DNA of 63,995 bases, the filler included, from Neolecta irregularis DAH-3 (taxonomy: Eukaryota): the NCBI GenBank assembly GCA_001929475.1. It is 6 parts of 6 records of this genome, joined end to end, with 100 filler letters (N's around TTAATTAATTAA, not from the genome) between each part and the next. Parts side by side here need not be neighbours in the genome. Positions count along the whole stretch, not along the records: positions 2,078 to 29,386 come from LXFE01004296.1; 5 more parts are not named here. One strand, written 5' to 3'. The notes below the pieces were generated by a model that saw only the letters and a program-made list of their open reading frames with translations, had not been told where the DNA came from and searched no databases. Within the stretch, counting starts at the first letter, position 1. Every line of letters begins with the position of its first letter. Of the stretch, positions 11,230-26,851 are shown piece by piece. Made by a program: the position numbers and the translations under genes.

Positions 11230-12460
11230 TACCTTCAGTTCCTTCCGTCAATGTTGGTATCTGTCCGTGGACTCAGCCCATCGAAGTCCTTATTCGACAA
11301 ATCAATGGTCTATAGCTAAGCTGACCGATGGAGAGTCATTTGACATACCTGTCCAAAGTTGGAGCGTCTATCCTTTAGTAATCGAGGTAAAGTGAGATAG
11401 CTTACATTTCATCCTTCAGTTTTTCGAGTTCCTCTCGAAGAACTCGAAGCTGGACTTCTCGCTCTTCGCGTTCGATTTTAATTAAAGTCACAAAGCCCGC
11501 CTGCGGAACATGTGCTTTCTGCGGAGAAGGGCTATGATTTAGGGCATATCGACGCCTAGACTATGAATAGGAGAGTAAAGACAACGGACCAGTGTTTTTG
11601 GATAGTGAGTGCGGCTGCATTAATCTCAAGATATCGCTTGATAAGAACCCGAGTAACGTAACCGCGATATATTCGTTGAATGGCTAATGCCGCAGCGTTT
11701 ACTCGAAGATCTTCATGTCAACCGAGAAAGGACATTGAGTCTACCATTCAAAAGTTGGGCACTTTGTCCGACTCTTGCGCATTGCTTCAATAAATCCTCT
11801 TTAGTAATAATCCGATACTTTGAAGTCTTCTTTCCGTCTAATTTACCTTTCATTCGCAATAGCTTGAAATAAATCAAAGCAACCATTTCTCAACATACCT
11901 CCCGTTCCAAATACTTCACACGAATTTGCAGTTCCCCATGAGGTTCTTCATTACGGACACTTCGACTTGGCGTAGATGTTGGAGTTTCCCTTGGCTTGAA
12001 CCGCCTAGGAGGAGGTTGAAGAGAGTTAATCAGAGGACGATATTCCACGTTAGTTTGGGGAATCCGTCCAATTTCAATGAGAGTTGGGCCCGGAGAGTTC
12101 TTCACCGAAGGGCCCTTTATTTCTAGAATGATCTGTCATTGTCAACAACGAAGAAATAGGAGTGGCGAACATCAGAAACTGAAGTTTCAGTATTTTTCTT
12201 CCTTCTTCTGAAAACCGAGAAATTGCGATCTGTATTTTTAGCAAGATTTTCAAAAGAACCAATACGATTTCTTGGAGCTACAAAAGCAGTCTCTCGGCGA
12301 CCCAAGGTACCTGAAACTGATGATGACATCCCGGCCAAGGAATCAGCTCTCTTCTTCGGTCGCCAACCCATAACGATACAGGTTTTGGGAGAGAGAGCCC
12401 TTTACGGAACTGATAATGAGCGTATAGGGGAATGAATAGAATCCCTTTGAGTTCCGAGAG
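11230..12460 (-). CDS. IQ-motif/coiled-coil protein, multi-exon; boundaries approximate
   Basis: Two IQ motifs at about 11550-11700 (AALAIQRIYRGYVTR; AALTIQKHW/RRYAL across a short intron), coiled-coil segments and several GT..AG mini-introns. Confidence 0.55.
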
Positions 12461-13594
12461 TGAACACCTAAAGCGAGTTGCACACTAATGCAAGTGATGG
12501 GACATGGCATTTTAGTTGCTTTTCAAATTATATTCTAGTAATTGGCCGAGACCCCGGGCTGCGTGCAACACGGTGCACAGATCACCTGGTTCAACTAAGG
12601 TCAAATAAAGGCTAACTATTCCGAATTTCACAACTGTAGAATGCAATCAGATCCATCAACTGTGATGTTCCCCCATTGTAAATAAAGCTTCAAGGATTCA
12701 TTCCCTTGAGATTCTGATTTTTAATAGAGAAAAATTGTATTTATTCTTGCTACTATTTGTGAATCATGACCAGGCCCTAATCATAGCAAAAGAATTTGAA
12801 GAATCCATAAGGATGTGGGATATTTGATGAAGGCCGCGTTTGGTACTGTAAGTGTGAGACCTCGGTACGAATAACACTAGGATATATTTCTAGCTTAAGA
12901 TACGAGAATCTTCCAAAAGGGATATACCTAGCTTAAGATACGAAAATCTTAGCTAGATAGTCCCTATCCGCTTCCCTTATACACTATACATAACTCCTTA
13001 AAATGTTTCCCTGTTCCTACGCGATAATCTTGCTTAATCCTTGTCCTGCATTTAAGGTATACAAATATGTATACCCCTTTTCCATGTCGTGTGTGTGAGG
13101 TATACCAAACCATATACCCCTAGAGGTACATCACTTTCTTGGAATCTTTTTTGGTCGAATCTCCCCAATTTCTTCCCCAAAAGAAAAGGAGGGGTTAAAT
13201 TCAAATTTGACACATTAGCTATTTTTATGAAATTTAGAGCCTGCCTACCCTAACCCTAACTTACATCCATGTGATACAGCGACATCAGTTCAGTTTGCCT
13301 GAGTCAGAGTCTGTTGAAGAAAGGCCATGTGGTAAGAAATAGTTGCACGAGGGACAACGTGAAGGAGATATCAATTGAGATATTGGCATCCATGAGGTTG
13401 GGTTAAGGAAGAGGTATATGTTACTACATGCGCTGTGTAATTTAGGTTAAACGAAGCAATCAGGGAAACTCCATGAAAGGCGGACGAGAAGAAAGTACTG
13501 CTGAGTTGTGCTGTTATGTATTCGAGCTTACTCGCCATAGACAGAACTATTCGTAGCAGTTCGACTTCCACACATCATCCTCATTACAGAACAC

Positions 13595-16500
13595 CTACAA
13601 GAAATTTTTCCTGATGATACCAGCAAGCTTCTCAATTCGCACTTTCAAGTCTCTTGCAGAACCAGAATGCTGAGTGAACATTGCTGAATATCGCTTCAAG
13701 GTCTCCAGAACAATGTCATTACGGAACACCGGCCTATCAGCCCTTCCAATTCCAGGTCTCATGCTCGCTGTTAACCATTTTTCTGCTGTGTGAAGGATAT
13801 CCCGAGCAAGAAGTAATAAAGCGAGCTTTCCTTGAAAAGGTGGTTCCTGTCGTTCCCAAAGTTCATCTAGCGTACTGAAGACAAGTTCGTGAGATACACC
13901 AGCATCGAGAAAGACATCTGGAACCCAGCCAGGAGGAGATACATCTTTCTGTTCCTCGATGAAATATTTCTCGAGAAGTGGCAAGAGTTCTTCTGGATAT
14001 GTCAATAATAAGTTTGAATCATATATACCAGGTTGGAAAATGACATCAGACCGCAAAAACTTTTGACCGAGTCGTCGAAATGTGTCCGCAATGGCTTCAT
14101 AAGGATGACCGGCTCCATCATGGTAATTTTCGTGTTCTAAGTTATAAGTCTGCTGAACAGAAAGGTATGCGCACCTCGCTGCAGTATCTTTTCCCAGCAC
14201 TTCAGAATTTCCCGGGGGTCACGATAATTTGCTGTTTCATAAATTTCCAAACAGATTTCTGCATAACCCAGCGGATCGGCAAACTGATTGAACAAATCAG
14301 TAAGAACGAGGAGTTTTCCGTCAAGCTGACTAGCCATTTGCGCTCGCTTCTCAGGTGTTAGTCTTTCATCTTCACTAGGTCATTAACTCAGAAATTTAAT
14401 TCCTCACCCTATGCGACGAAGGATATCATCCTGAATGCTGGCAACGTCCAACTCCTCTTGAATTTCTTGGCCAAGCGCACTTAACTGCTGTCTTCCGCCT
14501 GGAGGCACGAAACAGTTGCAAAACCCTTTTGCCCGAGAAAGATATTCGATCCGTTGCTCAAGGATAATTGGAAAATCACACTGTGCAAGTGAATGTAGAA
14601 CTTTGGCAGCCTCGTAAACAGATTCAATTTTCCCAAAGTATTGCCATAAAAGATTTGCATGATCAAGGCTTGATGTAGCATTTTGTTCAAGATAAGATTG
14701 AAGATGTTGCGTAGGAGTCTAGAAGTAAGACGAGCAGTTCTAAATAAAAGACCTCAAGACGGCGTTCAAGTTGACCTCGTTCAAAAAGCCAGTCATACCA
14801 TGCGAATTGAAAGTGCTCATCTTCCGAGGAGGAGAGAACCTCAAAGGTTTGCTCCCGAAGAACGGAACTTGAATCCTGATTATCGAGGGTTTCAACGTGT
14901 TCAACAACTTCAAAAACCAAGCGATAACACTTATCACGTTTCTCCAAAATTTGCTCTGCATTATCCTAAACAATCAACAAGTTTCAAAGATGTTTCCAAC
15001 TTTTTTCATATCGCGGTTGTAAAGCATCATTTGCAATTGTCTGTTCGATGCTTTAGCAACTTCAAGAGCCAACCGAACGGCACCGACATGGAAATTCTGA
15101 TTCTTAAATTCGCCTACCGCTTCTGCCAGATTTTCCAATGTCAATGTTGAACATGTCTGCAAGAACATGTTAAGTGCAATTTGAAGCTTATTCATTCGCT
15201 CATCTTCTTCAAGGGTGGATTTTGCTCCTCGAAGTTGTTCGACTGCCTATTACTTAACACAACCCGTGAATTGAGACAACTTTGTATAGGACAACATCAT
15301 CCGCACTACAAAAACTTCCACATCGACTTCGAAGGGCGCTCGCTACAATTTCGATGCTCTCACCTTCTGCAATCTGTCGATTGACGATCAAACTAACGAT
15401 TTCTTTTGCTAAATCACGTCCTCGATCAGTTGTGAATAGATCTCGATGATTTAATTTCATTACTTCATCGCGCATATTCTGTGGGAGATCGCCGATGACA
15501 TTAGATGCACGATGCTCTCCCAGTACCAAAACAAATGAGATTCCTTCAACTATCTGTTCGAGGAGCATGTAGAGAGAATGAATTGATTGGTGCTCTTGTT
15601 GTACGGCGACTTCCTCGGGACGAAATGATAACGAATGCGTTTCTGAACCCAGCCCATCTAAGAAACTTCGATTCTCTTTCAAAAATTCGTAAAGTCTGAC
15701 AATATCACTTTGAACCTTCTGAAGCGTATGGGGACCCAGGGTAACATACTCTGGTCCTTTTGGTCCCATTTTCGGGGTCAAAATAGGAACAGTCCAGATA
15801 CATCTAATTAGCCTCGAGATATAAACTGCAAGTGCTTCTGTTCGACTAGACGGTTTAAAATTCTCCAAGTGTGAGGTGTTGAGCTGTCCTTCGATAAACG
15901 GCTTTCCTCCGTATTCAAAAAGTAAGCGTCGAGATAGATCAACAAGGTCTAAACGATCGTTGGAAGAGCAAATTACTCCTAAAGCCGACACACATAATTC
16001 AACTCGCCCATGCGTCTCGTAAAATTTTCGTATATCCACTTCACTTAATAACGCTTTAGAAAAGATGTCGACTGCGCGACGACGACGGATAATATAAACC
16101 CCAGTATTGGTCAATACTGCAATTTCAGTAGGTGGTGTGTCGAATTCTGATATCAATTCATTCTTCCAAGTGTCTGGAACTGAAGTGCGTAAAAATCCAG
16201 GCTGAGTGAGCGAAATTGCTTGAACAAAACCATCGAGAGGCAACCACATCGCCGATTCCCAAAACTGAGGACGACCACTGGTATTTGCTATACGACCGGT
16301 TTCTGGGGCAGAGAGGAATAGCCCATCAACACTTTGACCATTTGAAGAGTTATTGACAACCGATATAAATAGACCCGGTGGAAAAAGGTCTGCCTTTTTC
16401 GTTAGGTTGTGAGTTTTTCCATCTTGAAGTTTCGGAGGAAACCGGACATGAGTTACCTGCATAGAGGTTGGGGGAGAATTGCTGTCGTTGTACAAAACGA

Positions 16501-17738
16501 AGCTACTTGATCTAACGGCACGCAGATATAAACGACAGCCTGTCGATGTTGTTGCGATTAAATTTAGTTGGGGTGACTCTGTAAGCGTAACTGATGTCAA
16601 AGAAATAATTGATGTTGACCTCGGGTCAAGTAGTGAGGATGAGGCATTGATCATTTGTGAATGTGAAACAAGCGAGTTGTATGTATAGGTTATGATAGCT
16701 GGTAAAGAATTCGGCGGGATAAGATGGAATGTTCGGATAGTGGATTTGGACGAAAGAGTATATACCAGATTACGGGTATTGTCAACGACGATTTGAGTAA
16801 CATGTTCTTGGCGTTGGCAGATATGAGGTGAAGATATATACCTTTTGATTCAGTAGCAAAGATTTGTGGAACCAAATTTCCAAGCGATGATCCAGTATGA
16901 TTGATCTTTGAACATCTTTTACTGAACCATCCATCCTCCGTCTTGAAGTTAGATAAGCGTATTCTCAACGGTATACCTGATAAGTCAATTCATACAAATG
17001 GTTATCTTTTCCGGCAAAAAATATCCGACCATCCAGAGTTGATTCAATTGTGGAAACATCTATTCCTCCAACCGGTACAGACATTCGAGTATTATAAAAA
17101 GTAATTTCGCCTTGTATCTTCACCCCGAGGATAAAGATATCATTAGGAGTGGCGACTACCAAAAGATGAGCTATCATATCATGAAAAACTCCCGGTCGAG
17201 GCTTGACAAGTTTCACGCAGGTAATTGTATGCGGATTGTCTTCATAACTTGCAAAATCGGCGCTCCTATGTCAAATGGGTGATCGAGCTATCGAATACCC
17301 ATTCATGAAGTTCCATAAATAAAGCCGATTGTCAACAGTGATCCACGCTCGTTGAATTTCTGCGAAGAGATCCATTTGAGTATAGCACTCCGTACCTACG
17401 ACATCAACGACAAATTGAAAATTCACTGTTACGGTTGTACTGTTCGAAGATCGCATCGGGAATGTTGACTAATTCCCTTCGCTCATAAGGAACCCATGCC
17501 TCCGAAATTTCTATGCTGTAGTCACTCGATTGTCCCTCTAATATATCAGCTCGTTGGTAAAAGGATCCGTACGTCCTACAATATCCCCTAATTCGGGATA
17601 TTTTGCATCCTTAGCAATACACGCATCAATTGCATCAGCGCCTCTTCGAAGGGGGCGAAAGAAAGGATGTGAATCAGTAGCCTGCTGTTGCTGCGTTGCC
17701 TGATTTACTTGGATCGGAGGACTTTTCTGTAGATCCAT
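13595..17738 (-). CDS. NUP155: Nucleoporin Nup155/Nup170 family, multi-exon
   Basis: MDLFAEIQRAWITVDNRLYLWN, LVKPRPGVF, LIATTSTGCRLY, VTHVRFPP, LRSRCGSFCSADDV, LFNQFADPLGYAEICL. Confidence 0.93.
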
Positions 17739-18638
17739 TGCGGGTCAATGAAGACCCTTATTAACCTTCGAGGGAGTACGTTCGAAGTTATCGTTTTTTG
17801 GCTGTTGGTACTAATTTCCCTTCCCGATGTTGAACCATCACTACATACAAGCGAGTACACTAACCACTGTGGTGTGATGCACTTGCTGCAGCTGCATGTT
17901 AGAATCTCGTTCCTATTTTGTTCTAGTGCACTATTTTCATCAAGCCAGAATGAAATACAGCTTTTCTTTACAGATTATCTCGAATTGTTTAGGTCATCAC
18001 TATTCACTAACCATAAATTTTCACTATGCTTTAACATAAATCCCCTAAATGTATCTAGAGATACAAATATGGTCTGTATCGTCGCGATAACAAGCCTAAG
18101 GGACAATCTGTAGAAAACAGCCATTGAATGATTCAATACGATGCGAATTTTCCTTAAATGATATCGATCTTTTCTAGTACTATTCGGCGTGTAGATTTAG
18201 ACTTGAATTGATATAGTGGTTTGCTTGAATCTCGCCTCTTCTTTGAATTTTGGAAAAGTTATTATGCCTATAACATTACTCTTTACTTGTCAAACACACT
18301 GGAGCGCCTGGCCAACTGAGGACTCGGCAGCAGATTTCTATATCTGAAAAGACCCCGAATGAGAGTTAGGATCTGAATCTTTGAATTAAACTGGATGAAA
18401 ATACTGCGCAGTTGTTATGGGTGTGCTACCAGATCGTGATGGATAAAAGTTACACAGGACGCCTGTATTTATGAAATCCACTGTTGGCTCAAATTTCTAC
18501 TCTTTTTTCAAAATATGATAATTTTCCTATGGCATATATGTACTTTTCAAGCATTATGAGTTAAAAAAGAGGACTAGGATGGGAAGTTACGGCTGGCGAG
18601 CGGATTGGACTTAACCAATTTTACCCTCGAACTCAAAT

Positions 18639-21600
18639 ATGTCCTATGGTGAACCCCCAGTAAATTATATAACTAATTCGGATAGACGCATCCTCGCATC
18701 TCGATGATGATTTGGTGAACGAGGATGTCTGGACTGTCGTAACTTCGTTTTTTGATGAAAAAGGTCTGGTCCGTCAACAACTGGATTCCTTTGATGAATT
18801 TGTATCCACAACTATTCAAGAACTGGTGGACGAAGATTCACAGCTGTCTCTCGATCAGCCATCGCATAACACTGGAAATCCCGACGATGTGACGCGACGC
18901 TACGAAATTCAGTTCGGTCAAATATACCTTTCAAAACCTACCCAGACCGAAGCCGATGGATCGACTAGTCCTCTGTTTCCGCAGGAAGCAAGGCTCAGAA
19001 ATCTAACATATTCCAGTCCCCTATATGTCGATATGGTTCAGAGGAGGATGGTTGCTGTGGATCGACACGCACCGCCTACAGCAGAGACTGAATGGGAGCA
19101 CGAAGAAGAGGAGGGCGAGCCAGTAAAAGTTTTCATTGGAAAAGTTCCGATTATGCTCCGGTCGAGATATTGCATTCTACATGGGTTGGAAGATAATGAA
19201 ATGTACGATGTTAACGAATGTCCATATGATCAGGTATGTTCAGTTTAGTCCAATCTAACTTTCCAGGGTGGATATTTTGTCATAAACGGATCGGAAAAAG
19301 TTATAATCGCCCAAGAAAGGTCTGCAGCAAACACAGTTCAAGTCTTTACAAAATCGTCCCCATCACCGCTATCACACGTAGCTGAAGTTCGTTCAGCAGT
19401 CGAAAAAGGTTCGCGTCTTATCTCGTCTCTCCAAATCAAACTTCTTCGAAATCCCCAAAAAACAAGCGTCTCTAACGGTCGACTCATCAAAGCCACCCTT
19501 CCATATATCAAAGATGATATTGACATCGTGATCGTCTTTCGAGCACTCGGTGTCCTCGCCGATCGTGAAATTTTAGAACACATCTGCTTCGATCCCAATG
19601 ACCATCAAATGCTTGAACTCCTCAAACCGTGTATCGAAGAAGCATTTGTAATCCAAGAAAAAGATCTTGCTTTGGATTACATTGGAAAAAGAGGTCAGAC
19701 AACAGGTCTTTCGCGCGATCGTCGTATTCGTCATGCAAGAGAAATCATGCAGAAAGAACTGCTTCCACACGTTTCACAAACTGAAGGTTATGAATCAAGA
19801 AAGGCGTTCTTTTTGGGATATATGGTTCATCGGTTGTTACTTGTCGCTCTTGAAAGGAGAGAACAGGATGATCGCGATCATTTCGGAAAGAAGAGGCTCG
19901 ATCTCGCAGGCCCTCTTCTTGCAAATTTATTTCGAATGTTGTTTAAAAAGCTGTACAAGGATGTCTATCGATATATGCAAAAATGTGTGGAAAATAATCG
20001 CGAATTCAATCTTACCCTTGCGGTAAAAGCTCCGACTATCACGCAAGGACTAAAGTATTCGCTTGCTACTGGAAATTGGGGTGAACAAAAAAAAGCAGCG
20101 CAGGCGAAAGTAGGCGTTTCGCAAGTATTAAATCGATATACTTTCGCATCAACATTATCTCATCTTCGTAGAACAAATACCCCCATCGGCCGAGATGGAA
20201 AAATTGCCAAACCTCGTCAACTACACAACTCACATTGGGGTTTAGTTTGTCCTGCCGAGACTCCAGAAGGTCAGGCGTGTGGTCTGGTAAAGAATTTGGC
20301 TTTGATGAGCTATATATCAGTTGGCGGACCAAGTGCCCCATTGATTGAATTTTTGGAAGAATGGGGAATGGAAAGTTTGGAAGACTATTCGCCTTCTTCA
20401 ACTCCAAATACTACCAAGATCTTTGTTAACGGCGTTTGGTTGGGTGTCCATCGTGATGCAGGATCGTTAGTCAATACTGTCCGAAATCTCCGTCGTCGAG
20501 TCGATATTTCTCCGGAGATCACCATTGTCCGAGATATCCGAGAGCGAGAGCTTCGCTTATTTACAGATGCTGGACGAGTTATGAGACCGTTATTTATCGT
20601 TGACAATGACGAACATTCGCCACGGAAAAATTTCCTCATGCTTCAGCGTCAACATGTCGAAACGATCAACGAGCATAAAGATAATCCCGAAATCCCTGAC
20701 CATGAGCGTTGGAATTTTTCCAAACTTATTGAAAATGGGATTATCGAATATATTGACGCGGAAGAGGAAGAAACCGCAATGATTGCAATGACCCGGAAAG
20801 ATCTCGAATCATGGAGAAAGATGAAAGAAGGCTTTCAAATTGAAGAAGAGTTCGACCCTGCCAGTCGCGTTGAACCTCCGCCAAATCCAAATATCGCTAT
20901 GTACACTCATTGTGAGATTCATCCTAGTATGATTTTGGGGGTGTGTGCTAGTATTATTCCATTCCCAGATCACAACCAATCTCCCCGTAATACCTATCAA
21001 TCTGCTATGGGAAAACAAGCCATGGGTGTCTTTTTAACGAATTATCAGCTACGGATGGATACAATGGCCAATATTCTGTATTATCCCCAGAAACCCTTGG
21101 CGACTACTCGATCTATGGAATATCTGAAGTTCAGGGATTTGCCAGCGGGTCAAAATGCAATTGTTGCTATTTTATGCTACTCAGGGTATAATCAGGAAGA
21201 TTCAGTGATTATGAATCAAAGTTCGATTGACAGAGGATTATTTCGAAGCATGTTTTATCGGTGCTATAATGATCAAGAGAAGAAAATCGGAATGCAGGTT
21301 ATGGAAGAATTCGAAAAGCCTACCCGACAAACTACATTGCGTCTTAAACATGGAACATACGAGAAGCTTGAAGAGGATGGACTGATTGCGCCTGGTATTC
21401 GTGTTTCTGGAGAAGACATCATTATTGGAAAAACCGCTCCGATCTCGCCCGATACTCAGGAGCTAGGTCAGCGGACTAGTCATCACACGAAACGAGACGT
21501 TTCAACTCCACTTAGGAGCACAGAGAATGGAATTGTTGACCATGTTGTCGTAACTACCAATCAAGAAGGTCTCAAGTTTGTTAAAGTGAGGATGAGGAGT

Positions 21601-22540
21601 ACTCGCGTTCCACAAATTGGAGACAAATTTGCCTCGCGGCATGGTCAAAAAGTATTCTTTATTATTTGAATATGAATATTGATTTTAAGGGAACGATCGG
21701 TATTACTTATCGTCACGAAGATATGCCGTTCTCTGCACAAGGAGTTGTGCCAGATTTGATCATCAATCCTCATGCTATACCCTCTCGAATGACAGTTGCG
21801 CATTTAATCGAATGTCAGTTGAGTAAAGTTTCCGCAATGGGGGGTTATGAAGGTGACGCAACTCCTTTTACGTATGTCGGCCTTTCCTTTCGTTACTCAC
21901 CTGTGAAGGGAAGTTACCGTAGAACAAGTATCCCAACAACTTCGAAATCAAGGCTTCCAATCTCGTGGCTTTGAAGTCATGTATAACGGTCACACAGGGA
22001 AGAAATTGATGGCACAAGTGTTCCTTGGTCGTATGTCTCGCTTCATATATCAAATTCTGATGAGTAGCTACCTACTATCAAAGGCTTAAACATATGGTGG
22101 ACGATAAAATTCATGCTCGGGCTCGTGGTCCTGTTCAAATTTTGACAAGGCAACCTGTGGAAGGTCGATCTCGTGATGGTGGTCTACGATTTGGAGAGAT
22201 GGAACGTGATTGCATGATCTCACATGGTGCCGCTGCTTTTCTCAAAGAACGGTATCTTTCTTTTGCATCTCAAAGTTTGATCAGTAGATTGTTCGATGTT
22301 TCTGATGCTTATCGCTTTCATGTTTGCGATATCTGTGGATTAGGTATCATCGCAAGCATCAAAAAGAATCAGTTCGAGTGCCGTGGATGTAAGAACAAAA
22401 CTCAGGTTTCACAAGTTCATCTTCCGTATGCTGCCAAGTTATTATTTCAGGTATACTTTTAATTGGGTTGCGACTGACTGGGCTAGGAACTACAAGCTAT
22501 GAACATTGCATGCCGCTTATTTACGGAAGAGAGTAACTAG
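18639..22540 (+). CDS. RPB2: RNA polymerase II second-largest subunit, multi-exon
   Basis: [73 protein letters not shown]-terminal [12 protein letters not shown]. Confidence 0.99.
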
Positions 22541-23044
22541 ATTGTAGAGCTAAATTTGAGCAACTGTAATATATATCTCGATGGGACGATGCTTGGTATT
22601 AAAACGGTCCCTATCACGCAAAACTCATGTAATACCATTTTTTTGAGTTTACTAGATACGAAGCAGCATCGTTTGATGTAATCAATGCTGCTGACGTTTG
22701 CACTAGTAGAAAGGATTACACAAGCCAAGGGCCTGTACCATGGAATATAGCATACTCATCTATCCCTCTGTTGTGGCACTTTGCTGTAGTTTTCGCTCAT
22801 CATAAAATAGGTCTTTAGGGTTCAGAAGTTTCACCAAGATTCCTTTTCTTTCAAATGATATTGGTGATGAGATTCGCCTCCAAAGCTGTGTAGCGCCTTT
22901 GTAAAGAGTTTGTAGCAAAACAAGCAATACAGGCGCGAAACTTCCCTCAAATAAGAATTTGGTGAGAATGGGGTATTCTTACACAATTATGATTGCGGTT
23001 GAAATCACGTCCACTTGCCTCAAATTTTACCTTGCTACCCAAAA

Positions 23045-24120
<1,076 letters not shown>

Positions 24121-24541
24121 TAGTACTGTCATGTCCTTTTCCCACTGTTGTTTCGGTTAATATCTTTGCCAGTTTTTGGGTGGATGCCTTAGATTGAAAT
24201 AGCTGGTCTTATTGTTGGAATCCAGATTCATATGTTTTACGCTTAACAAGCGAGTTTTATATGGGACTGTAGAGGAGCGATATTCCTCAAGTTTGGACTT
24301 GCATTGATAAATATTGAATGACGAGGTACAACTTGAACTGAGAAAAGGAGATACACGACAGTAACCACAATCTCATTGAAACATACCAAGGAAATAGCCA
24401 CACATGAAATTACACTGCAACTATGATAATTTGGACGAATTTCCATCTTATCAATATTGCTCAAACTAGCAGCATATACTGATTTCAATTGGCCATGTTA
24501 GATAGTATCACGATACAGACTCTTTCCAAGCATATACGAGT

Positions 24542-25476
24542 TTACTTCTCATCAATATCAAAGACAAAAACCTCTACTGTTTCTCTTCCCTTGTTTTCAA
24601 ACAACAAATCTTGGGTATGCTTCAAGAAGGTCCCATCCCCACAAGGCAACTCAAAATTAAATCTGTCTTTATACATAGGGAACATCCGAGTGGTCGAGAT
24701 AGGGTGAAATGGTGTTGTTCGCCTTAACAGATTTGGACTAGATCCATTTGCAGATTTGAGAATGTTACGAGGTGAAGTTTTCAAAAGTGATCGTGGTTGA
24801 ATTATTAATTGATGATCAGTTGAAGAATGTGTGCTTGTGAAGTAAGCTGGGGTGAAATCCCGAATGTACGGCTTTGCCCTAATTTCAGTGGTGAGTGAAG
24901 GGCCAAACAGGGTGGATTTTGGCCGGACCTGTAACGGAGATGCTCCCTTAGAGAGTAAGCTTGGATAGCGGTACAGGAAGTGGAGACTCTCTCGGCGTAT
25001 GAGAGAGGCAAAGCTTAGAGACTAAGTAGTCATGAAGATATAGTACCTGTGCGGAAGATAGCCGTCATCCTTACGGTGACGACTAACTGCCACAGAACCA
25101 TATTTAGGAATGCACTATATCAGAAGCATTGTTGTTTGTTTCGGAATGGATGATCCCGGACCCGGCACTTGTGTCTATAGAATCATTGATACTCCGCAGA
25201 TTGCAAGAACCATACACTGAACCATTCCGGGTTTAATGATTTCGATGTTTCAGATGTTATCTTGATGTATTAATTTTCCCTCAAGCCCGACTGTCCAAAT
25301 CTCGTAATTCCGATGACTTTGATTGGGGAATCCATTGCCGGGAGAAACAGTCTTCATTTACGACTTGTAGCGTACCATAGGAATCAAAGTGCGCATCACG
25401 GTACGAACCAAAGGAATAAGTATGATAGGAGTCCAGCCGCGATATCGCCTGACGGACGGATGATGATGTCTTGCAT
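24542..25476 (-). pseudogene. Pirin (YhhW-type cupin) pseudogene
   Basis: Reconstructed as GW/SYHTYSFGSYRDAHFDSYGTLQVVNEDC/SPGNGFPNQSHRNYEIWT..EGKLIHQDNI*NIEIIKPGMVQ|YTSAGSGIIHSE..VHS*IW and C-terminal GDGTF..ETVEVFVFDI, with at least two frameshifts and two stops. Confidence 0.85.
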
Positions 25477-25737
25477 TAGAATGAAGCAATGGTAGTAGTA
25501 GATGATGGCGAGGATGGTAATTAAATAGGCGGAAAAGAAGGCGGATTTGGTAATATAAAACATTGGTTGGACATTTTTATCAGCAGACAGTCTTGGTGGT
25601 TTGTCCATCCTTCTGAAGTTAATGAGTAATTCAATACTGACCAGTAAGCGGCACAGGAAATAAAAAAGTTGATTATACAGTACAAGGGTGTCTAAAACCG
25701 ATAGTCTATGAAAATTCACCGATTTATTATTCTCCCT

Positions 25738-26851
25738 TCAAATCTCCGGGCGCAATTCCATACTAATAGTCCGAAACCACTCTGCAGTTTCGCGAATACC
25801 TTGCTCGATGTCCCATTTCGGCTCCCACCCAAGGATCTCCTTCGCTCTTGAGATATCTGGCCTGCGTCTATGCGGATCATCAATTGGTGCTTCTGCAAAA
25901 ACAATATCACTTGCACTGCCTGTGATCTTGATGACGAGATTTGCGAGTTGAATGAGATTGTATTCGCAGGTGTTTCCGATGTTGATAGGGAGAGAGTATT
26001 GGGATTCCATAAGTAAGAGTAAGCCGTCAACGAGGTCATGGATGTATTGGTATGACCGGGATGTGGAGCCGTCACCGTAGACGCTCAGGGGAAGACCCTG
26101 AATGCTTTGCGTGAGGAAATTGGAGATAACGCGCCCGTCAGAAGGACTTAATCGTGGGCCGTAGGCATTGAAAATTCTAGCAACACGGATATCGACTCCT
26201 GTATAGCTATATACTAAAGCTTCGGAAACGCGTTTTCCTTCATCGTAGCATGCTCGGGGACCGCTGTTGGCGTTAGTTGGTTGTAGACGAGCAAGGATAC
26301 ATGGAATTCACGTTTCCCCAGTATGTTTCTGGTTGGGGATGGACCTGCGGGTCGCCATAGATCTCGCTGGTGCTGCTGAGTAAAAATCTTGCACCAGTTC
26401 TCTTGGCGAGGTCAAGCATGTGTAGTGTACCCATAAACGCGGTCTTTAGAGTCGCGATTGGATCAGACTGGTAATGCGGAGGAGAAGCAGGACAGGCGAG
26501 ATGGTAAATTCTATCAAACTGGACATCTATCAAGAGTGGGTCGGTGATATCGTGGGAGAGAAGGCAAAAGTTTGGATGGTCTGCCCAATGAGCAATATTC
26601 CTCTTGGACCCCGTGTAAAAATTATCGAGGCACCCTGTTACTCAAGGATCAGCAAGAACTTTAGCAATTCAAAGGGGAATCCCCGTACACACTCGGTGAC
26701 CTTGGAGCATCAATCGATCAATAACATGGCTCCCTACAAATCCCGCGCCTCCGGTTACGAGGACGAGTTTCGCGTCCTTATTCGCGGGAATCTCGGGAAT
26801 TACGGTTGGATATGCGTAGAGCCCGGCGAGCTTTGTGTGTGCATGAGACAT
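25738..26851 (-). CDS. UXS1: UDP-glucuronate decarboxylase (UDP-xylose synthase), multi-exon
   Basis: [76 protein letters not shown]. Confidence 0.95.

Noticed and set aside
13248..13260. Telomere-like CCCTAACCCTAAC (also GGTTAGGGTTAG near 45740)
   Set aside because: Only two units; the second instance is coding (RLGL).
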